A stretch of DNA of 64,000 nucleotides from Mustelus asterias (Eukaryota), in the NCBI RefSeq assembly GCF_964213995.1, contig NC_135830.1, forward strand, positions 1,550,001-1,614,000, read 5' to 3'. The notes beneath the pieces were generated by a model, which saw only the letters and a program-made list of their open reading frames with translations, did not search any database and was not told the DNA's origin. Shown one piece after another: positions 13,656 to 24,580 of this stretch. The translations under genes were made by a program, and so were the position numbers. The stretch's first letter is position 1, and the number at the start of each line of letters is the position of its first letter.

Positions 13656-13701
13656 ATGGGATTACCGCTGTGCCTTTGCTTCTTACTGGCTTGCTTCACA
13701 C
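13656..13701 (+). CDS. IgH leader exon (signal peptide MGLPLCLCFLLACFT, phase 1)
   Basis: ATG plus hydrophobic peptide; donor C|GTGAGT at 13702; splices in frame to the V exon, giving ...FTQVQS-SIVLTQP. Confidence 0.92.
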
Positions 13702-13823
13702 GTGAGTATTCCTGACGGTGTACTGTTACAACAGAAATATATGTTTTAATGATATTGTGTTGTTATTTTAATTCAATCTTCTGATTGATATCTAATGAAG
13801 TTGTATTTTTCTTTCACTAACAG

Positions 13824-14124
13824 AAGTCCAATCATCCATCGTTTTGACCCAGCCAGCTTCTGTGACGAAAAAATCCGGAGAATCTCACAAACTGTCTTGT
13901 TCGGTGACCGGGTACACCCTGGACAACCACCACATGAGCTGGATAAAGCAAGTTTCTGGGAAAGGGCTGGAGTGGCTCCTTGCTTACAGAAACCCGTCCT
14001 ATACCACTTATTATGCGCCTGGAGTCGAGGGTCGAATCATCCCATCAAAAGACTCTTCCACAACCTACATTGAGATCAAAAACCTGAGACCCGAAGATAC
14101 CGCCCGGTACTACTGCGCAAGGGA
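13824..14124 (+). CDS. IGHV: Immunoglobulin heavy-chain V exon (unrearranged; IgW-like VH sequence)
   Basis: Acceptor ttttctttcactaacag|; translation VQSSIVLTQPASVTKKSGESHKLSC...W IKQVSGKGLEWL...EDTARYYCAR with canonical Cys/Trp/Cys; ends at an RSS. Confidence 0.97.
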
Positions 14125-14162
14125 CACAGTGCTATACTTAGCTAAGTCCTCATACACAAAAC
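14125..14162 (+). promoter_or_regulatory. V 3' recombination signal sequence (22/23-type)
   Basis: CACAGTG (14125-14131), 22-bp spacer, ACACAAAAC (14154-14162). Confidence 0.88.
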
Positions 14163-14490
14163 ACAGAGAGAGAAAGAGTTTGCAAAATCTGCAATCAGGA
14201 ATGTAAACGAAAACCAAAATAACACAATCAAAGGTGCTGGAAGCAAACGTGCATTTATTTTTCAATGCACGTTGGAAGTGTTTTATTATGAATGTTGTCA
14301 ATCTTTGTTATTAATGCCAAGATCATGTTAAATAGGCACAGACGGTTGAAACATACTTCGCTCCACATTTTCAATCTAATTATTGATATCACAAAAAAAT
14401 CGTAGTGATACATTCCCAGAGGATTTAAAATCAGTTTTTGAGACAACTGTGAAAATGAAGTGCTGAATTATATATTTAACAGCAGTCCAA

Positions 14491-14518
14491 AGTATTTGAC
14501 ATGTGTTGCCACACTGTG
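14491..14518 (-). promoter_or_regulatory. D 5' 12-RSS
   Basis: AGTATTTGA (14491-14499), exact 12-bp spacer, CACTGTG (14512-14518). Confidence 0.85.
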
Positions 14519-14532
14519 CTACATATGCTTGG
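14519..14532 (+). other. IGHD: IgH D segment CTACATATGCTTGG (14 bp)
   Basis: Short segment bracketed by two 12-RSSs, midway between V and J (about 390 bp from each). Confidence 0.9.
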
Positions 14533-14560
14533 CACAGCAGTTACTGTCCACACAAAATCC
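14533..14560 (+). promoter_or_regulatory. D 3' 12-RSS
   Basis: CACAGCA (14533-14539), 12-bp spacer, ACAAAATCC (14552-14560). Confidence 0.88.
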
Positions 14561-14882
14561 TCCTCAGGCGTTCGTGATTTCATTTGGGATAATACATTTT
14601 TCTTTACAATGTAATTATATTAAATGAAGCCATTTTTGTACCGAGAACAGGCAAATAGACATATTTTACGACGTGATGATAATTTAATTATTAGATCATC
14701 ACTTGTTGATTATAATGCACGGCCACGACTTACTCTGTGAAATATAATAAATCAGAATCATTTATCAGGTTAAAAACATATATTAATAATATTATTCTGT
14801 TAAGGATAATCATGACATAATTTTACCTCTCACTTAATGATATTTAAACTAATGATGAATTTCTCCCGTTATTTACAGATGC

Positions 14883-14921
14883 AGTTAATGTATGACTCAA
14901 AGCAGCGAATCTAACACTGTG
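14883..14921 (-). promoter_or_regulatory. J 5' 23-RSS
   Basis: AGTTAATGT (14883-14891), 23-bp spacer, CACTGTG (14915-14921). Confidence 0.85.
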
Positions 14922-14969
14922 ACAATTTGGACTACTGGGGAAAAGGCACCATGGTGACCGTGACTTCAG
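14922..14969 (+). CDS. IGHJ: IgH J segment (NLDYWGKGTMVTVTS), IgM-type
   Basis: WGxGT motif; phase-1 donor G|GTAAG at 14970. Confidence 0.96.
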
Positions 14970-17536
14970 GTAAGAAACATTCCCTCATTCTGTGCTGTTG
15001 GAGTTGTAACTAGGTTTCTTGAATTAGTGGATTCTGTCTTTGCAATGTTTCAATTGATTATGTTGCAAGTGGATTATATTGTTTCCCACAAAAAACTGTG
15101 GGGTGGTTTAGGACCTGTTTGAACGGTTTCGTTTCTTAGCTGTGAATGAGGCTTTTTGCCTGGTTTATTTTAAATGCCAGAAAACTTAAATAATTTTTTG
15201 CGTTTATGCCATTTTGAATATTTGTGATACCTGATTGCTGCAATGTCTCTGAATGGAAACATTATTTTTAATAATTTTCGAAATGCGATTTTATGCAGAT
15301 AAGTGAATGCTTTCAGGATCAAAATAATAAAATTGCTCCTCTGTGTTTTACAAAAAATTGGTAATTTTGCACTTGTGCTAATATTAAAATATGTTAATAT
15401 GCTATCATGAACGTTCATCTTCAGTTGGTTATATGCCAGAAATAAGAAAAACACAATTAAAATATTTCCTGCCTGGATAGAATTTATATGAATTCAGCTT
15501 AAATAATAGTGAATAGTAGTATGACCCAATGTTACCAAAAATGCACTGCAAAAAAACATAACTGTCTTAATCATCGCCCATCCAAACGCAACTCCTCTGC
15601 CAAAGTTTCTGTTTATTTTAAGTAATTCATTGACATGCAGCCATGTACTGAAGTTCATTTAGAATGTTCAATGTGCTTCTCCTGAAAGGACTTAGAGTTA
15701 ACAGGCTATTTTATTGAGTTCCTTGTCTTTTTTTTGCATTTGGTGTTTACCGAGAGAGTATGCACTTGTGTTACCTCTAATACCTAAAGTTTGAGAAACT
15801 GTTTCCTGATTTGAATGAAGATTGAGAGTGATACTTATATCAATTATAATTATAATTCAACAATATTCGTCAAGACTACTAGAATGAAAATGTATTTATT
15901 AGACGTTGTTTGTCTTTCACACTTATGCTGGGCACGCAGCAAAATGAACGTTAGCCAGATAATTGTGGAGGCTCAAGGTAATGTCAAATTGCTTTTAAAA
16001 AAATAAATCAAATTGACTAAATTCTTTGCAGTCTTCAGCTTCATAGGAATTTTTAGATTAATAGCTTTCCACCGTTCTCGTGTAGATGATCGAAAGTTAT
16101 TAATTTATTATCAATTCATTGCCTCCTATAAATGGAAGGTTTTTTCTGCAATTTTACGTAACACATTCGTTGATGGATCTTCACTGTGCAGTAGAACAGT
16201 ATTGTTCCTTGCCTTGTTGTTCAGACCAATATCAATAAAAAATATTGTAAACACATTGCAAAACGGATAGGCGTTGTTGGCAGAAAATAATAACTCATAA
16301 ATTCCAGTTAAAATCAGAGAAAGTGCAAAAAGAATAACATTTCAGATGGACAGAAATTGCAGTTGAAGCTGGTTAGCTTAATTTTAAATGTAAGTTTTGT
16401 ATTGAAGAAATGCAGACAATCTTCCAAAACTCTGTTACATGCCGGATAGAAATAAATAAAATGGGCAGCTCATAATTGAGAACAGTTTGATTCTCAGTGA
16501 ACTCGCTGTTCTTATTCGTTCTGATTTAATGTCTCAGATAGTGGAGTTGAATTGCTGCCGCTAAGGTTTATACTGATTATTGTGGATGTTAACTTTACAA
16601 AGCAGTATTATATATTTCAAGCTTATTTACTTGTATCATGGAGACTACTGGATTGAAAAAAGCTTGTACGCTTTATAATTTATGCTGCGACCACAATCGG
16701 CCAAAGTTCTCTGAATCATTTCTGAATGATGTCTGAAGTTGAATTAACATTTATCTTCCAGAGTGTTGACGTCGTGCCCAGTTGGCTTTACAATCCCTTG
16801 ATAATTAATGAGATGTGTACTGTGATACTTGTTGAACAATTTTAAATTGCCCACTTCTAAGTTCATCATGTCAAATAGACTTTTAGAACAGGGAACCTTA
16901 TGTCGAATCAACCTGGTCAGAAGCGTAAAGCAATTACAATTTACAATTGTGCAGAAAAAGTGCAGCACATTTTAAACAAATATTCATAATTTTATTTTAA
17001 ATGAAGCAAAATAATATATCTGTCCACATTTGAATCGTATCCCTGTTTTGTTCAAGTTTCAAGTTAATTTAATTAAGGTTCTATCAATAACAAAACACAA
17101 TTGAGAACGATGTAGACAATTATTAACTAATTTCTCGTAAAAGGGTTACATTTCACAGATATCGAAATGGGATTTAAAATCGGTACAACTTCAATTAAAA
17201 TAAAAGATCACTCTCCAATCCTGGGGTGTGTTGAAAATGAAAGTTAACACTCGTGAATGGACGGAATTTAATAATGTTGAAATAAAGAAAACAATATATT
17301 CCTTAATCAGCTGCCCACAGGTCCATAAAATGTTTCTGCGCATTCAGTTAAATAATATTCCAGTTTTGTCTTGGCCGTTTCAATTATTGCATTTAATTCT
17401 GAACTTAATTTTAGGAAGCTGTCATGTGTAGGCATAAGCTTCGTGGGCCGAAGTGACTGCTCCTGTGCTGTGCTATCCTTTGATCATTGTTCTTTTATTA
17501 TGTCGATGAGTAATAATAGTTTACACATTGCACATG

Positions 17537-17894
17537 GGGCGGCACGGTAGCACAGTGGTTAGCACTGCTGCTTCACAGCTCCAGGGACCTGGGTTCGATT
17601 CCCGGCTTGGGTCACTGTCTGTGTGGAGTTTGCACATTCTCCTCGTGTCTGCGCGGGTTTCCTCCGGGTGCTCCGGTTTCCTCCCACAGTCCAATGATGT
17701 GCAGGTTAGGTTGATTGGCCATGCTAAAATTGCCTCTTAGAGTCCTGGGATGCGTAGATTAGAGGGATTAGCGGGTAAAATACGTAGGGATATGGGGGTA
17801 AGGTCTGGGTAGGATTGTGGTCGGTGCAGACTCGATGGGCCGAATGGCCTCTTTCTGTACTGTAGGATTTCTATGATTTCTATCATTTCTATGA
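17537..17894 (+). mobile_element. Full-length HE1 SINE (J-C intron)
   Basis: gggcggcacggtagcacagtggttagc head, B-box gggttcgattcc, (ttctatga)n tail. Confidence 0.92.
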
Positions 17895-18044
17895 CATTGT
17901 TCGTCTTCCTTAATTCTGCTGCTCACGCAGTACGGTAAACATGAGCCGTCAAAATGCGGAAGCACAAGGCTTTTACATAAAATTTACTCATCTGATTGCA
18001 TTGTTCAGTTTAGAGAGGAATCTTAAATCAATTTATTATTCATA

Positions 18045-18300
18045 ACTATAACGTTCGTGGTGGAAGATATAGGAGGGATGTACGAGGTAGATTCTTTACT
18101 CAGAGAGCGGTTGGGGTGTGGAATGGACTGTGATAGTGGAGTCGGACACTTTAGGAATTTTCAAGCGGTTATTGGATAGACACATGGAGCACACTAGAAT
18201 GATAGGGAGTGGGATAGCTTGATCTTGGTTTCGGAAAAGGTTCGGCACAACATCGTGGGCCGAAGGGCCTGTACTGTGCTGTACTGTTCTAAGTTCTATT
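18045..18300 (+). mobile_element. CR1 LINE 3' fragment
   Basis: ttctttactcagagagcggttggggtgtggaat...gggccgaagggcctgtactgtgctgt. Confidence 0.75.
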
Positions 18301-19544
18301 ATTCTTGGCTCAGGCAGATGGTTGTTTCTGTTCAATATCGGAATCCTGCCTGGCTAATAATGCAGACATGGTTCAATGTACTACTCCTGTAATCTGCGTA
18401 ATGCAGTCAAATGAAATTAATGCTGCTTACTGCAATTAGATTCACAATAATCAATGTAACTTTAAGAGAAGATAATTAATCTGCATTATCTGACAACTTA
18501 AAACTCAACAAAGAGAAAGAACAGCGATTTTAATTGTCAAATAGCTCTCTTTTATAACCTGTCTATTGTTTCTAATTGTATCCCAGGGCGTTGGCTGCTT
18601 TTCTTCAATTTTAAAAAAAAGTACATTTATAAGTAAACCGACTGTTTCAAATTGAATTTCTACTCCTCTCTAAAATTGTTGTAGAGATATAACTGTGACA
18701 GGAACTATTTTGTATGACTTATTATTGTTCTTTTTTTTTCTGTGGTGTGCTCACGGAGTGAGAATTAGTACATTCCCTGATTGGCAATTAAACTTTTATT
18801 TAATTCTCCATTATACTGGGTTGTTCATTACTACCCATTGTTTTCGGAAGCTTGTGTCTAATCAACGTACAAGTTTGACCTCGTTTGAAAAGCTGGCATG
18901 AAAACACCAGAATGTGAAATGTGAACATAAATTTTCGATGCAGAAAAAGGGCAGAAATAGAAATGATATGTTTGCTTTATCATTGTCGATATTTCTTGAT
19001 TGTTAAATCTAAATTGAAGTTTTAGATAACAACACAGCCTCGAGGGAGTTGAAAGACATTTTCCATTGTTCTATCCGACCCTACAGTTCTTCACAGGACT
19101 GTGCAAAGGGAAATTTAAAATAATGTCTCTGTTCTGTATCTATCTTTGTACCGTCTGCTCTGACAATCTCAAGGAACATTAATCTGCAGCAAACCAATAG
19201 GGTATGAGTGCTTCGAAATATATATGCAATGATGAAGGCTTCATTTCCTCAGACGAAATAGCAGATCGCTAATAGTATGCGTATATCTATCGAAAAACCC
19301 AAGATTTTGATGATGATAGTTTAACATTTGCAACATCAGATACTTTTGAATCGGACGGGCCTAATGCACAGCTGACTTTCAGGGCATTTTCAGGAGCTGG
19401 AAACATGTCATAAAATGTTCGAAACAGGATTTATTTTGCACTTAAAATGGACAGTTTGGTGCCTTATTCACTACACAACACACACTGTGCTGGACATATG
19501 TCATGGTTGATTATAAATGCAGCTTATCTTAATTCCTAAAACGT

Positions 19545-19761
19545 NNNNNNNNNNNNNNNNNNNNNNNNNNNNNNNNNNNNNNNNNNNNNNNNNNNNNNNN
19601 NNNNNNNNNNNNNNNNNNNNNNNNNNNNNNNNNNNNNNNNNNNNNNNNNNNNNNNNNNNNNNNNNNNNNNNNNNNNNNNNNNNNNNNNNNNNNNNNNNNN
19701 NNNNNNNNNNNNNNNNNNNNNNNNNNNNNNNNNNNNNNNNNNNNNNNNNNNNNNNNNNNNN
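19545..19761. other. Assembly gap (217 N) inside the J-C intron
   Basis: Run of N. Confidence 1.
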
Positions 19762-20541
19762 CTAATTTTAGATAATTATGCTTCTGTATCAATAGCCTTA
19801 TTTAGCTCCTTGTATGTATCTGTCTGCATAAATTGTAGTGCGTCCTTACATTCTTTGTATTGCTCTGTAGTTTGTTCCAGTCCACCGATAACTATTTCAG
19901 TCGCTCTAATGTTCCAACACGAACTTCGATCACTTCATTATTCTTTTCTACTTTTAGCTGCTGGTGTCCACTTCTACCAATTTAATTTACATTCTTTTCA
20001 TCTATGCTCATGGACATATAACACACTACAATATCAAATGCTTCAAGAAGTAACCTGCCCGACGTTTCAACAAATGTTGCTATTTTGAATGAATGTGTGT
20101 GCCAAACTTGGAACGTTGAAAAAACATATGAATAATTAAATGGGCCATTTAAAATGTAAATGTCAATAATCTAATTTTGGCATTCGCATATGATTAGTAT
20201 TATCTATTTGAGTGAGCAAGACATTGAATTGCCACAGATAATCAATCAGCAGAGCAGAGTAAGTTAAAGTCTCAATGCAGAAAACGTCCTGCCATTCAAA
20301 AAGATATTCTCTCCCGATTGGATCCAAAGTTTGATTCTTGACATTAGGCCGCGTAACAGTTTGCAATTGAAACCCACACACTATACTCTGCAGGCCATGT
20401 TTTAAAGAACACTCAAATAATTTCTTGCAAGTGTCAATAATTGATGTGCAATAAATAGAAGAATTTTGAATTGTGAAGCACAGGAATTCGGAATATTAAT
20501 TTTGTCCACATAGGGGAATTTGTAGGTAAATGTGTCAGTTA

Positions 20542-20887
20542 TCATAGAAAGAATCATAGAAACCCTACAGTGCAGAAGGAGGCCATTCGGCCCATCGAGT
20601 CTGCACCGACCACAATCCCACCCAGGCCCTACCCCCACATATTTTACCCGCTAATCCCACGAACCTACACATCCCAGGACTCTAAGGGGCAATTTTTTTA
20701 ACCTGGCCAATCAACCTAACCCGCACATCTTGGACTGTGGGAGGAAACCGGAGCACCCGGAGGAAACCCACGCAGACACGAGGAGAATGTGCAAACTCCA
20801 CACAGACAGTGACCCGAGCCGGGAATCGAACCCGGGACCCTGGAGCTGTGAAGCAGCAGTGCTAACCACTGTGCTACCGTGCCGCCC
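20542..20887 (-). mobile_element. Full-length HE1 SINE (J-C intron, inverted relative to the 17537 copy)
   Basis: Reverse complement of the HE1 consensus; AGTTA flanks both ends. Confidence 0.92.
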
Positions 20888-21324
20888 AGTTACAAAACAA
20901 GAAGCCAAAGGTTGAAAGGCGAAGGTTTGAATCAATATTTCATCACATTTGCTCTGTAGATCCTGGGATGCACAAGCAGTGAAAAATGCTGTGAATAAAA
21001 TCCAATGAAGCTGCATACAGCGATTCTTGTGGCGAACAATGCACACCTGCAAGTGAACGGAATTGGTGGATGCACAATACAGTTTTTTATTGGCCAAATA
21101 ACATTTTCACATGAAATGAAAACTCTGGCTCATACTTTCCAAACGTTCTATAATGCAATTTAAAGTTAAGGCTCGTAGTGGATTTGCTGGGGCGTGTTGC
21201 CTGATGATTAAAACATGCTGCAGGGCGTCATCCAAATATAACCCCTAAAAACAACAACTTGAGTTTTCTTTTCCAGCGCCTTCTACTGGTAGAATGGCTC
21301 AAGAAGATGCACAACAGGTTTATC

Positions 21325-21775
21325 AGAGTCATAGAGTAGAGTCATGGAGATATATGGCATGGACACAGGCCCTTGAGCCCAAATCGTCCATGCCGACCAG
21401 GGTTCCTAAACTGAAGTAGCCCCATTAGCCTGAGATTTCCCGATATCCCTCTAAACCCTTCCATCTATGTTCCTGCCAAAGTGCCTTTTAAATGTTGTAA
21501 TTGTACCTGCCGCTATCACGGCCTCAAGCAGCACATTCCACATACACACCACCCTTTGTGTGAGAGAGTTATCCCTTCGGTACATTATAAATCTTTCCAC
21601 TCTCATATTAAACCTATACCCTTTAGTTTTGGAGACCTTTACCCTGGGGTTAGGACCTTGGCTATTCACCTAATCTATGACCCTCATGATTTCATAAACC
21701 TCTATTAGGTCACCCCTCGTCCTCCAATATCTCGAGGGGATAATGTCCCAGCCTATCCTGCCTATTTTTATAATT
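21325..21775 (-). mobile_element. CR1 LINE 3' fragment
   Basis: Minus-strand RGDLIEVYEIMR and TQRVVCMWNVL. Confidence 0.8.
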
Positions 21776-21819
21776 AAGGTCTCAGAAGATGCGATCCTGG
21801 GATTATGTGATGGTCTGTT

Positions 21820-22170
21820 CCGGGCAGTTGTGATGGTACTTTCATTGGGATAGTGCACGAAAACCCAGCAGGAAGCTCTCAAATCCCAAACCGGCAGCTG
21901 TTGAGACATTAATACATTCTGGAATGGAAAGCTGGTCTTAATGATGGTGAAAAGAAAACCGTCACAATTGTCGCAAATTTCATCTGGTTCACTGTTCCGC
22001 TCTGAGAAATGAAATCTGACATCTTGACAATTTGGACCACATGTGACTACAGACCCAAATCAGAAGTGTAGTTGACCCGAAACTGTCTCTGAAATGGCGG
22101 CTTATTTAACTTGAATGCATAACAATACTGGCCTTGCCGGTGCCATCTACGTCCAGCAAACGAATACTAT
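21820..22170 (+). mobile_element. Degenerate DeuSINE-like SINE
   Basis: caaatccc...catctggttcact...gaaatctg core similar to the 9225 copy. Confidence 0.55.
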
Positions 22171-22649
22171 ATAAACATAATTATTTCAATGTTTGTTTTA
22201 TGGGACTTAAGACACCAGATGCTAAATGTTGCTACTTAACATTTTCCAAGCTGTTGCTGATGTAAAGAGAGTGATGGAGAAATAATTTCAGTAAGACATT
22301 TGTACAAATAATCTGGGAGAACCTATAGTTGAAAGGATATGGGAAAGCATTGACATTTTAATAAAAAGAGGGCCAAGGACTGGAGGGGGAGCACGGGAAC
22401 ATTTTCCGAATTTAACTGGCAACAGAATGGCCAGATGGATTGAATTTCTCTATTCAGAATTGTGCCTTCACTTGTGTAAAAGTTTGGTTTATTGTGAATG
22501 TGTGTACAGTCAGGCGTATCAACTCATAAATACCGATCATGATAAGAAATGTTTTGAATTAAATTTTGCCTATCTTAAAGCATCGACATTTTGCTGATTT
22601 CAGAGCACAAAGCAAAGTGGTAACTTGTTGACTTGACCTTCATCCCCAG

Positions 22650-22949
22650 GAAAACCATCTCCGCCCTCCCTCTACGCTCTCTTCTCCTCCTGTGAGCACA
22701 CAGACGCTGCCGGCCCTGTGACCTTCAGCTGTTTGGCGATGGATTACTCCCCCGAAATCAATAGTGTTTCTTGGAAGAAAGATGAAGAGGTGATCACCAC
22801 TGGAACGACGACTTACCCATCAGTGCTGAACAAGAATGGAACCCATACCCTGAGCAGCCAGTTAACCATCACTAAATCAGAGGTGGGAAGCAGCACCATC
22901 TACTGCGAGGTTCACCGCAATGGGACGGTCTGGAAGAAGGAAATTCCAG
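22650..22949 (+). CDS. IGHM: IgM constant exon Cmu1
   Basis: catccccag| ... CCA G|GTTCGT; (G)[35 protein letters not shown]...[20 protein letters not shown]...[17 protein letters not shown], typical shark Cmu1 with the putative L-chain-binding Cys. Confidence 0.95.
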
Positions 22950-23154
22950 GTTCGTGTTGTGGGATGTAGAGGAGTGGGCGGGGGTGGGGGTGGGGGGCGT
23001 GGGGGGGGGGGGGAGTGGAGAATGTGGTCAGATGATTGGTTTTATTCAAATTGTGGATTACATGGATTAGAATGGACTGAGAGCATTATGTGTAGTTCAG
23101 ATTCTGGCATCGTGCTTACAGTTGTGTGATTACTTCTATTCTAAACTGCAAACT

Positions 23155-23425
23155 TATTGTACTGTGTACAGTTCAGGTCTCCACATTGCACGAGGTGTAT
23201 TGTGCATAGTCGTCATCTTTACATCGCACTTAATGCATTATAGGTCCTCCTATTCTTCACATTACACTTGGTGATGGTTGTACATTTCTGGCTTACATAT
23301 CGCACCTAATGAACTGTGTGCAATTTTGGTCTGCACATCATGACATAGTGTACTGTCTACAATTCTGGTCTCCAGATCACACGTAGTGCACTGTGCACTG
23401 TTGTGATCACCACATCACTCGTATG
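23155..23425 (+). repeat. Degenerate ~38-bp minisatellite in the Cmu1-Cmu2 intron
   Basis: About 7 units of the type tgtactgtgtacagttcaggtctccacattgcac. Confidence 0.65.
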
Positions 23426-23988
23426 ATTGCAGTGAAGAGTGTTTCGTTCCTTATCACAACTACAACATGCTACTTGTTGTTCCATGTCAGGGGCATGATT
23501 CCGGGTATTTGAATACGAGTAAACCTACTTACACGGGCAGTGGTAAATCACAGTGAATAAGCTCGTGCTGTTTTCAGTACATCATAAAAGGCTGAAGTGT
23601 GGCCGAAAATGGCCTTCAGACTTGTGAAGTAGATTGCAAGATTAGACCAAATACAATATTTACTTATTTGAAAGAATGGCTTAACAATATGCAATCCTCA
23701 ATTCAAAATCTTCTTTACATAAAGAGCGAGCTGAATGTGGAAATGTTTCAGGCGATGCTTTACATAAATCATGTTCAGTGAATACGAGTTGATCCGTAAG
23801 ACAAAATGTAAAAAAAAGCTATTTTGATACAGTGAGATCAAATGATGCAGGAATCTACTCGTGTGAAAAATAAACTCCAGCATTTAACTATGCAGCTGAG
23901 TGGCCCTTTTTCAAGTAAATAGTTTTGCAGTTTTGCATGGTTTGGTTTGTAGCAAAATTAATTGTTATAAATGTGTATTTTCTTGTAG

Positions 23989-24300
23989 GGGATGAGGTTC
24001 ATCATCCAACTATTCTCCTCACACTGACTCCCACTGAAGAAATTTTAAGCAGCAGATTTGCAACCATTGTTTGTTCAATCGTCGACTTTCGTCCAAATTC
24101 AATCAACTTGAAGTGGCTGAAGAATGGTCAAAACTTCAACTCGGGCACCGTTACATCTCCTGCCTTTGAAGTGAATGGGAACTTCTCAACGACGAGTCGA
24201 CTGACTGTCCCTGCTGGAGAATGGTTCAGTAACACGGTCTATACGTGCCAGGTCACTCACAAAGACGCAACTCAAAGCCAGAACATTACCAAACCCAGGG
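23989..24300 (+). CDS. IGHM: IgM constant exon Cmu2
   Basis: ttttcttgtag| ... AGG G|GTAAGA; (G)[10 protein letters not shown]...[12 protein letters not shown]...[22 protein letters not shown]...NITKPR. Confidence 0.95.
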
Positions 24301-24354
24301 GTAAGAGATACAAACCATGGAAATTTAAGACCACAGGGATTTCTGTCAGCCAAA

Positions 24355-24580
24355 AATGCGTGGGATTCCTCCGGGTGCTCCAGTTTCCTCCCGCAGTCCA
24401 AAGTTGTGTAGGTTAGGTATCCACTGGTTTCCAAAGATCTGTAGGTTAGGTGGATTAGCTATGGTAAATGTGCACTTTAACAGAAATTGAGCAGGGGTAG
24501 TATCTTGGTAAGATGCTCTTTTAGAGAGTTGGTGTCGACGTATTGGGCAGAGTAGCCACTTTCTGCACTCTGGGGATTCT
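24355..24580 (+). mobile_element. HE1-related SINE fragment
   Basis: tgcgtgggattcctccgggtgctccagtttcctcccgcagtccaaag. Confidence 0.7.

Noticed and set aside
14337-14375. CACAGAC heptamer-like site between V and D
   Set aside because: No acceptable nonamer at 12 or 22/23 spacing.
14433-14451. Possible relic D1 RSS (AGTTTTTGA...AACTGTG)
   Set aside because: Spacer is only 3 bp and there is no partner RSS; cannot be called a segment.
17552-17590. Perfect CACAGTG heptamers in HE1 SINE heads as cryptic RSSs
   Set aside because: Part of the SINE tRNA-like head; following nonamer positions lack the A-tract.
17537-17610. tRNA genes
   Set aside because: A/B-box sequences belong to tRNA-derived SINE heads, not full cloverleaf genes.
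19517-19792. ORFs across the N-run
   Set aside because: Assembly gap artefacts.
14970-22649. Intronic E-mu-like enhancer or tetrapod-type switch region
   Set aside because: No clustered octamer/E-box module or AGCT-rich tandem array recognised; scattered E-boxes are at chance level.
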